64,000 bases of DNA. Origin: Eledone cirrhosa (taxonomy: Eukaryota). Both the position numbers and the translations under genes were made by a program. Positions 54,801 to 64,000 of the stretch are shown here, one piece after another (positions within the stretch are counted from its first letter, which is position 1; each line of letters opens with the position of its first letter). The stretch is from NCBI GenBank assembly GCA_964016885.1, contig OZ024740.1:295182001-295246000 (forward strand), in the 5' to 3' direction. The notes under the pieces are model-generated. The model was not told where the DNA came from, ran no database searches, and saw nothing but the letters and a program-made list of their open reading frames with translations.

Positions 54801-57800
54801 GAAATTTTCGGGAAAAATTTACGAAATTTTCGGGAAAAAATGACGAAATTTTAGGGAAAAAAATGATGAAATTTTCGGCAAAAATTGACGACATTTTCGG
54901 GAAAATATGACGAAAGTTTCGGGAAAAAATGCCTAAATTTTTGTGAAAAAATGACGAAATTATCGGCAAAAATTGACGAAATTTTCGGCAGAATTTGACG
55001 AAATTTTGCTAAAAAAAATCCGGAATTTTCGGTAAAAATTGACGATATTTTCGGGAAAAAACGCCGAAATTTTCGGGGAAAAATGATAAAATTTTTGGCC
55101 AAAATGACGAAATTTTCGGCAAAAAAATGACGAAATTTTCGGCAAAAATTAGGAGGTAGAATCTTAGGGGGTAGAACCTTAGGAGGTAGAAGGTTCTACC
55201 TCCTAAAGTTTTACCTCCTAAGGTTTCTCCCTAAGGTTCTACCCCCTAAGGTTTTACCTCCTAAGTTCCCCCCTAAGGTTCTAATTCCTAAGGTTTTACC
55301 TCCTAAGATTCTATCCCCTAAGGTTCTACCTCCTAAGGTTTTACCTCCTAAGGTTCCCCCTAAGGTTCTACACCCTGGTTCTACCTCCTAAGGTTTTAAC
55401 CCCTAAGGTTCTATCTCCTAAGGTTTTACCTCCTAAGGTTCTACCTCCTAAGGTTTTACATGCTAAGGTTTTACCTCCTAAGGTTCCCCCCTAAGGTTCT
55501 ACCTCCTAAGGTTTTACCTCCTAAGGTTCTATGGCCTAAGGTTCTACCTCCTAAGGTTTTACCTCCTAAGGTTCCCCCCTAAGGTTCTACCCCCTAAGAT
55601 TCTAACCCCTAAGGTTCTACCTCCTAAGGATTTACCTCCTAAGGTTCCCCCTAAGCTTCTACCCCCTGGTTCTCCCTCTGAAGGTTTTACCCCCTAAGGT
55701 TCTACCTCCTAAGGTTCTACCTCCTAAGGTTTTACCTCCTAAGGTTTTACCTCCTAAGGTTCCCCCCTAAGGATATACCCCCTAAGGTTGTACCTCCTAA
55801 GGTTCTACCCCCTAAGGTTCTACCTCCTAAGTTTCTACCTCCTAAGGTTTTACCCCCCAAGGTTCTACCTCCTAAGGTTTTACTTCCTAAGGTTCTCCTC
55901 TAAGGTTCTACTCCCTAAGGTTCTACCTCCTAAGGTTCTACCCCCTAAGGTTCTACCTCCTAAGGTTTTACCTCCTAAGGTTCTACCCCGTAAGGTTCTA
56001 CCTCCTAAGGTTCCCCCCTAAGGTTCTACCTCCTAAGGTTTTACCTCCTAAGGTTCCCCCTAAGGTTCTAGCCCCTAAGGTTCTACCTCCTAAGGTTCTA
56101 CCCCCTAAGGTTCTACCTCCTAAGGTTTTGCCTCCTAAGGTTCCCCCCTAAGGTTCTACCCCCTAAGATTCTACCTCCTAAGGTTCTACCCCCGAAGGTT
56201 CTACCTCCTAAGGTTCTACCTCCTAAGGTTTTACCTCCTAAGTTTCTACCCCATAAAGTTCTACCTCCTAAGGTTTTACCCCCTAAGGTTCTACCTCCTA
56301 AGGTTCTACCTCCTAAGGTTCTACCTCCTAAGGTTTTACCTGCTAAGGTTTTACCTCCTAAGGTTCCCCTAAGGTTCTACCTCCTAAGGTTTTACCTCCT
56401 AAGGTTCCCTCCTAAGGTTCTATCCCCTAAGGTTCTACCTCCTAAGGTTTTACCTCCTAAGGATCCCCCCTAAGGTTCTACCCCCTAAGGTTTTACCTCC
56501 TAAGGAAAAAATGCCTAAATTTTCGGGAAAAAATGCCTAAATTTTCGGGAAAAAATGACGAAATTTTCGGGAAAAAATGACGAAATTTTCGGGAGAAATT
56601 GACAAAATTTTCGGGAGAAAATGCTGAAATTTTCTGGAAAAAATGACGAAATTTTCGGGAAAAAATGACGAAATTTTCAGCAAAAATAACGAAAGTTTCT
56701 GGAAAAATTGACGAAATTTTCTGGATAAATTGACGTAATTTTCAGTAAAATTTGCCGAAACTTTAGGGAAAAAAATGATGAAATTTTAGGCAAAAATTGA
56801 CGACATTTTCGGGAAAAAATGACGCAAGTTTCGGCAAAAAGTGACGAAATTTTCTTGGAAAAATGCCGAAATTTTCTGGAAAAAACGTCGAAATTTTCGG
56901 CAAAAATTATTAATATTTTCGGCTGAAATTGACGAAATTTTCGGCAAAAAATGACGAAATTTTCGTGAAAAAATGCCGAAATTTTCCGCAAAAATTGACT
57001 AAATTTTCAGGAAAAATTGACGAAATTTATGGTAAAAAATCAGGAATTTTTAGGCAAAAATTGACGAAATTTTCGGGAAAAATTGACGAAATTTTCGGGA
57101 AAAAATGATGAAATTTTAGGCAAAAATTTACGAAATTTTCATGAAAAAATGATGAAATTTTCTGTAAAAATTGACGAAAGTTTCGGGAAAAAATGCTGAA
57201 ATTTTTTGGAAAAAATGACGAAATTTTTAGCAAAAATGACGAAATTTTCTGGAAAAATTGACGAAATATCCTGGATAAATTGACGAAATATTCGGTAAAA
57301 AATGTCGAAATTTTTTTGAAAGAATGACGAAATTATCGGCAAAAAATGATGAAATTTTCGGGAAAAATTGACGAAATTTTCTTTGAAAAATGCCGAAATT
57401 TTCGGGAAAAAACGTCGAAATTTTCGGCTGAAACTGACGAAATTTTCGGGAAAAAATGATGAAATTTTTGGCAAAAATTGACTAAATTTTCCGGAAAAAA
57501 TGACGAAATATTCGGCAAAAAATGACGAAATTTTCGTGAAAAAATGCCGAAATTTTTCCGCAAAAATTGACTAAATTTTCGGGAAAAATTGACGAAATTT
57601 CCGGGAAAAATTGACGAAATTTTCGGGAAAAAATGCCGAAACTTTAGGGAAAAAATGATGAAATTTTCGGCAAAAATTGACGACATTTTCGGGAAAAAAT
57701 GACGCAAGTTTCGGCAAAAAGTGACGAAATTTTCTTGGAAAAATGCCGAAATTTTCTGAAAAAAACGTCGAAATTTTCGGCAAAAATTGTTGAAATTTTC

Positions 57801-60800
57801 GGCTGAAATTGACGAAATTTTCGGGAAAAAATGATGAAATTTTCGGCAAAAATTGACTAAATTTTCGTGAAAAAATGCCGAAATTTTCCGCAAAAATTGA
57901 TTAAATTTTCTGTAAACATTGACGAAATTTTCGGTAAAAATGAGGAATTTTTAGGCAAAAATTGACGAAATTTTCGGGAAAAAATGCCGAAATTTTAGGG
58001 GAAAAAATGATGAAATTTTCGGCAAAAATTGACGAAAGATTAGGGAAAAATGCCTAAATTTTCGGGAAAAAAGGACGAAATTTTCGGTAAAGAGTGACGA
58101 AATTTTCGGCAAAAATTGACGAAATTTTCGGCAGAATTTGAGGAAATTTTCTTCAAATAAATCCGAAATTTTCGGCAAAAATTGACGATATTTTCGGGAA
58201 AAAACGCCGAAATTTTCGAGGAAAAATGAAAAAAATTTCGGCCAAAATGACGAAATTTTCGGGAAAAAACGACGAAATTTTCGTGAAAAAATGCCCAAAT
58301 GTTCGGCAAAAAATGACGAAATTTTCGGCAAAAATTAGGAGGTAGAATCTTAGGGGGTAGAACCTTAGGAGGTAAAACCTTAGGAGGTAGAACCAAGCGG
58401 TAGAACCTTAGGGGGAATCCATTTTTTATTTCGGTGATCCATTTTCTATTTGGGGGATCCATTTTTTATTTCGGTGATCCATTTTTTATTTGGGTGATCC
58501 ATTTTTTATTTGATGGATCTCCCAAATAAAAAATGGATCGCCCAAATAAAAAATGGATCCAAAAAATTAAAAATGGATCACCCAAATAAAAAATGGATCA
58601 CCCAAATAAAAAATGGATACCCCAAATAAAAAATGGATCACCCAAATAAAAAAGGGACCCCAAATAAAAAATGGATCACCCAAATAAAAAATGGATCACC
58701 CAAATAAAAAATGGATAACCAAATAAAAAATGGATCACGCAAATAAAAAATGGATCCCCCAAATAAAAAATGGATCACCCAAATAAAAAATGGATCCCCC
58801 AAATAAAAAATGGATCACCCAAATTAAAAATGGATCACCCAAATAAAAAATGGATCGCCCAAATAAAAAATGGATCACCCAAATAAAAAATGGATCCACC
58901 AAATAAAAAATAGATCCCCCAAATAAAAAATGGATCCCCCAAATAAAAAATGGATCACCCTAATAAAAAATGGATCACCCAAATAAAAAATGGATCCCCC
59001 AAATAAAAAATGGATCCCCCAAATAAAAAATGGATCACCCTAATAAAAAATGGATCCCCCCAAATAAAAAATGGATCACCCAAATAAAAAATGGATCCCT
59101 TTTTTATTTAGCGGATCTATTTTTTATTTCGGGGATCCATTTTTTATTTGGGTGATCCATTTTTTATTTGGGTGATCCATTCTTTATTTGGGGGATCCAT
59201 TTTTTATTTGGGTGATCCATTTTTAATTTGGGTGATCCATTTTTTATTTGGGGGATCAATTTTTTATTTGGGTGATCCATTTTTTATTTGGGGGATCCAT
59301 TTTTTATTTCGGTGATCCATTTTTTATTTGGGTGATCCATTTTTTATTTGGGGGATCCATTTTTTATTTGGGTGATCCATTTTTTATTTGGTGGATCCAT
59401 TTTTTATTTGGGGGATCCATTTTTTATTTGGGTGATCCATTTTTTATTTGGGGTATCCATTTTTAATTTGGGTGATCCATTTTTTATTTGGGTGATCCAT
59501 TTTTTATTTGAGGGATACATTTTTTATTTGATGGATCTCCCAAATAAAAAATGGATCACCCAAATAAAAAATGGATCACCCAAATTAATGCTGAAATATT
59601 CTGGAAAAAATGACGAAATTTTCTGGAAAAAATGACGAAATTTTCAGCAAAAATAACGAAATTTTCAGGAAAAATTGACGAAATACTCTTGATAAATTGA
59701 CGAAATATTCGTGAAAAAATGTCGAAATTTTTTGGAAACAATGACGAAATTGTCGTCAAAAAATGACGAAATTTTCGGGAAATATTGACGAAATTTTCTG
59801 TGAAAAATGCTGAAATTTTCGGGAAAAAACGTCGAAATTTTCGGCAAAAATTGTTGAAATTTTCGGCAAAAATCGTTGAAGTTTTCGGCTGAAACTGACG
59901 AAATTTTCGGGAAAAGATGACGAAATTTCCGGCAAAAATTTACGACATTTTCATTAAAAAATGATGAAATTTTTGGCAAAAATTGACTAAATTTTCCGGA
60001 AAAAATGACGAAATATTCGGCAAAAAATGACGAAATTTTCGTGAAAAAATGCCGAAATTTTCCGCAAAAATTGACGAAATTTTCGGTAAAAAATGAGGAA
60101 TTTTTAGGCAAATATTGACGAAATTTAGGGAAAAAATGCCGAAATTTTAGGGGAAAAATGCCTAAATTTTCGGGAAAAAAGGACGAAATTTTCGGTAAAA
60201 AGTGACGAAATTTTCGGCAAAAATTGACGAAATTTTCGTCAGAATTTAACGAAATTTTCTTCTAAAATATCCGAAATTTTCGGCAAAAATTGATGATATT
60301 TTCGGAAAAAACCCCGAAATTTTCGAGGAAAAATGAAAAAAATTTCGGCCAAAATGACGAAATTTTCGGGAAAAAACGACGAAATTTTCGTGAAAGAATG
60401 CCCAAATGTTTGGAAAAAATGACGAAATTTTCGGCAAAAATTAGGAGGTAGAATCTTAGGGGTAGAACCTTAGGAGGTAAAACCTTAGGAGGTAGAACCA
60501 AGGGGTAGAACCTTAGGGGGAATCCATTTTTTATTTCGGTGATCCATTTTCTATTTGGAGGATCCATTTTTTATTTCGGTGATCCATTTTTTATTTGGGT
60601 TATCCATTTTTTATTTGATGGATCTCCTAAATAAAAAACGGATCACCCAAATAAAAAATGGATCCCCCAAATAAAAGATGGATCACCCAAATAAAAAATG
60701 GATCACCCAAATAAAAACTTGATCCTCCAAATAAAAAATGGATCACCCAAATAAAAAATGGATCCCCCAAATAAAAAATGGATCCCCCAAATAAAAAATG

Positions 60801-63126
60801 GATCCCCCAAATAAAAAATGGACCACCCAAATAAAAACTGGATCCCCCAAATTAAAAATGGATCCCCCAAATAAAAAATTGATCACCCAAATAAAAAATG
60901 GATCGCCCAAATAAAAAATGGATCCAAAAAATTAAAAATGGATCACCCAAATAAAAAATGGATCACCCAAATAAAAAATGGATACCCCAAATAAAAAATG
61001 GATCACCCAAATAAAAAATGGACCCCCAAATAAAAAATGGATCACCCAAATAAAAAATGGATCACCCAAATAAAAAATGGATACCCAAATAAAAAATGGA
61101 TCACGCAAATAAAAAATGGATCCCCCAAATAAAAAATGGATCATCCAAATAAAAAATGGATCCCCCAAATAAAAAATGGATCACCCAAATAAAAAATGGA
61201 TCCCCCAAATAAAAAATGGATCCCCCAAATAAAAAATGGATCCCCCAAATAAAAAATGGATCACCCAAATTAAAAATGGATCACCCAAATAAAAAATGGA
61301 ACGTCCAAATAAAAAATGGATCGCCCAAATAAAAAATGGATCACCCAAATAAAAAATGGATCACCAAATAAAAAATGGATCCCCCAAATAAAAAATAGAT
61401 CCCCCAAATAAAAAATGGATCCCCCAAATAAAAAATGGATCACCCTAATAACAAATGGATCACCCAAATAAAAAATGGATCCCCCAAATAAAAAATTGAT
61501 CCCCCAAATAAAAAATGGATCACCCTAATAAAAAATGGATCCCCCCAAATAAAAAATGGATCACCCAAATAAAAAATGGATCCCTTTTTTATTTGGGGGA
61601 TCCATTTTTTATTTGGGGGAACCATTTTTTATTTGGGTGATCCATTTTTTACTTGGGTGATCCATTTTTTATTTGGGGTATCCATTTTTAATTTGGGTGA
61701 TCCATTTTTTATTTGGGTGATCCATTTTTTTATTTGAGGGATCCATTTTTTATTTGGGTGATCCATTTTTTATTTGAGGGATACATTTTGTATTTGGGGG
61801 ATCCATTTTTTATTTGATGGATCTCCCAAATAAAAAATGGATCACCCAAATAAAAAATGGATCACCCAAATTAATGCTGAAATTTTCTGGAAAAATTGAC
61901 GAAATATTCTGGATAAATTGACGAAATATTCGTGAAAAAATGTCGAAATTTTTTGGAAACAATGACGAAATTGTCGTCAAAAAATGATGAAATTTTCGGG
62001 AAATATTGACGAAATTTTCTGTGAAAAATGCCGAAATTTTCGAGAAAAAACGTCGAAATTTTCGGCAAAAATTGTTGAAATTTTCGGCTGAAACTGACGA
62101 AATTTTCGGGAAAAAATGATGAAATTTTCGGCAAAAATTGACTAAATTTTCCGGAAAAAATGACGAAATTTCCGGTAAAAATTTACGAAATTTTCATGAA
62201 AAAATGATGAAATTTTCTGTAAAAATTGACGAAAGTTTCGGGAAAAAATACTGAAATTTTCTGGAAAAAATGACGAAATTTTTAGCAAAAATGACGAAAT
62301 TTTCTGGAAAAATTGACGAAATATCCTGGATAAATTGACGAAATATTCGGTAAAAAATGTCGAAATTTTTTTGAAACAATGACGAAATTATCGGCAAAAA
62401 ATGATGAAATTTTCGTGAAAAATTGACGACATTTTCGGGAAAGAATGACGAAAGATTCGGCAAAAAGTGACGAAATTTTCTGGAAAAAACGTCGAAATTT
62501 TCGGCAAAAATTGTTGAAATTTTCGGCTGAAATTGACGAAATTTTCGGGAAAAAATGATGAAATTTTCGGCAAAAATTGACTAAATTTTCCGGAAAAAAT
62601 CACGAAATTTTCGGCAAAAATGACGAAATTTTCGTGAAAAAATGCCTAAATTTCCCGCAAAAATTGACTAAATTTTCTGTAAAAACTGACGAAATTTTCG
62701 GTCAATAATGAGGAATTTTTAGGCAAAAATTGACGAAATTTTCGGGTAAAAATGCCGAAATTTTAGGGGAAAAAATGATGAAATTTTCGGCAAAAATTGA
62801 CGACATTTTTGGGAAAAAATGACGAAAGTTTCGGGAAAAAATGCCTAAATTTTCGGGAAAAAAGGACGAAATTTTCGGTAAAAAGTGACGAAATTTTCGG
62901 GCAAAAATTGACGAAATTTTCGGCAGAATTTGACGAAATTTTCTTCAAATAAATCCGAAATTTTCGGCAAAAATTGACGATATTTTCGGGAAAAAACGCC
63001 GAAATTTTCGAGGAAAAATGAAAAAAATTTCGGCCAAAATGACGAAATTTTCGGGAAAAAACGACGAAATTTTCGTGAAAAAATGCCCAAATGTTCGGCA
63101 AAAAATGACGAAATTTTCGGCAAAAA
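36805..63126 (+). repeat. satellite A blocks, 21-22 bp monomer GACGAAATTTTCGG(C/G)AAAAA(A)T(T), interleaved with satellites B and C
   Basis: Blocks at about 36805-38453, 39679-41907, 43132-45247, 46212-48327, 50035-51840, 52799-55148, 56506-58334, 59586-60440, 61873-63126; always the same orientation. Confidence 0.95.
38454..56505. repeat. satellite B blocks, 15-bp monomer CCTAAGGTT(C/T)TACC(T/C)
   Basis: Blocks at about 38454-39678, 41908-43131, 45248-46211, 48328-50034, 51841-52798, 55149-56505. Short reverse-only stubs at 58335-58415, 60441-60520 and 63127-63207. Confidence 0.95.
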
Positions 63127-64000
63127 TTAGGAGGTAGAATCTTAGGGGGTAGAACCTTAGGAGGTAAAACCTTAGGAGGTAGAACCAAGCGGTAGAACCT
63201 TAGGGGGAATCCATTTTTTATTTCGGTGATCCATTTTCTATTTGGGGGATCCATTTTTTATTTCGGTGATCCATTTTTTATTTGGGTGATCCATTTTTTA
63301 TTTGATGGATCTCCCAAATAAAAAATGGATCGCCCAAATAAAAAATGGATCCAAAAAATTAAAAATGGATCACCCAAATAAAAAATGGATCACCCAAATA
63401 AAAAATGGATACCCCAAATAAAAAATGGATCACCCAAATAAAAAAGGGACCCCAAATAAAAAATGGATCACCCAAATAAAAAATGGATCACCCAAATAAA
63501 AAATGGATAACCAAATAAAAAATGGATCACGCAAATAAAAAATGGATCCCCCAAATAAAAAATGGATCACCCAAATAAAAAATGGATCCCCCAAATAAAA
63601 AATGGATCACCCAAATTAAAAATGGATCACCCAAATAAAAAATGGATCGCCCAAATAAAAAATGGATCACCCAAATAAAAAATGGATCCACCAAATAAAA
63701 AATAGATCCCCCAAATAAAAAATGGATCCCCCAAATAAAAAATGGATCACCCTAATAAAAAATGGATCACCCAAATAAAAAATGGATCCCCCAAATAAAA
63801 AATGGATCCCCCAAATAAAAAATGGATCACCCTAATAAAAAATGGATCCCCCCAAATAAAAAATGGATCACCCAAATAAAAAATGGATCCCTTTTTTATT
63901 TAGCGGATCTATTTTTTATTTCGGGGATCCATTTTTTATTTGGGTGATCCATATTTTTTATTTGGGTGATCCATTCTTTATTTGGGGGATCCATTTTTTA
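58414..64000. repeat. satellite C blocks, 20-bp monomer GGATC(A/C)CCCAAATAAAAAAT
   Basis: Blocks at about 58414-59585, 60521-61872 and 63206-64000, each with internal strand inversions. Confidence 0.95.

Noticed and set aside
36796-63254. Many KISSIF/ENFV, KVLPP and GDPFFIW ORFs up to 330 aa
   Set aside because: Products of 21-22, 15 and 20 bp satellites, open in several frames with frequent indels.
36805-64000. CRISPR array or iteron interpretation of the short palindromic repeats
   Set aside because: Monomers are contiguous with no unique spacers, there are no cas or rep genes, and the context is eukaryotic.

Overview
Gene-free, repeat-dominated eukaryotic (animal) DNA. The (TA)n-saturated background and a tRNA-derived SINE suggest a cephalopod/octopus-like genome (inference). 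No intact host gene is visible. 1-27.6 kb is a transposon graveyard embedded in (TA)n/(TG)n microsatellites: a decayed Ty3/Gypsy-order LTR element, three different Penelope-like element (PLE) families (two with inverted pseudo-LTRs), a mariner, a SINE and a Helitron helicase fragment. It also holds a dense set of about 13 type I hammerhead ribozyme motifs from about 8 sequence families. Several sit in small ORF-less fold-back elements, including a very young 470-bp retrozyme-like repeat whose fold-back point lies 2-4 nt from the predicted self-cleavage site. 27.6-36.8 kb is eight tandem 0.9-1.5 kb units, each headed by degenerate telomeric (CCCTAA) repeats and tailed by a variable-length 21-22 bp satellite. 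36.8-64 kb is a mosaic of three palindrome-cored minisatellites (21-22, 15 and 20 bp) in 2-3.5 kb higher-order repeats, with switches and strand flips at fixed microhomologies. All structures were read by eye, so coordinates may be off by a few bases.
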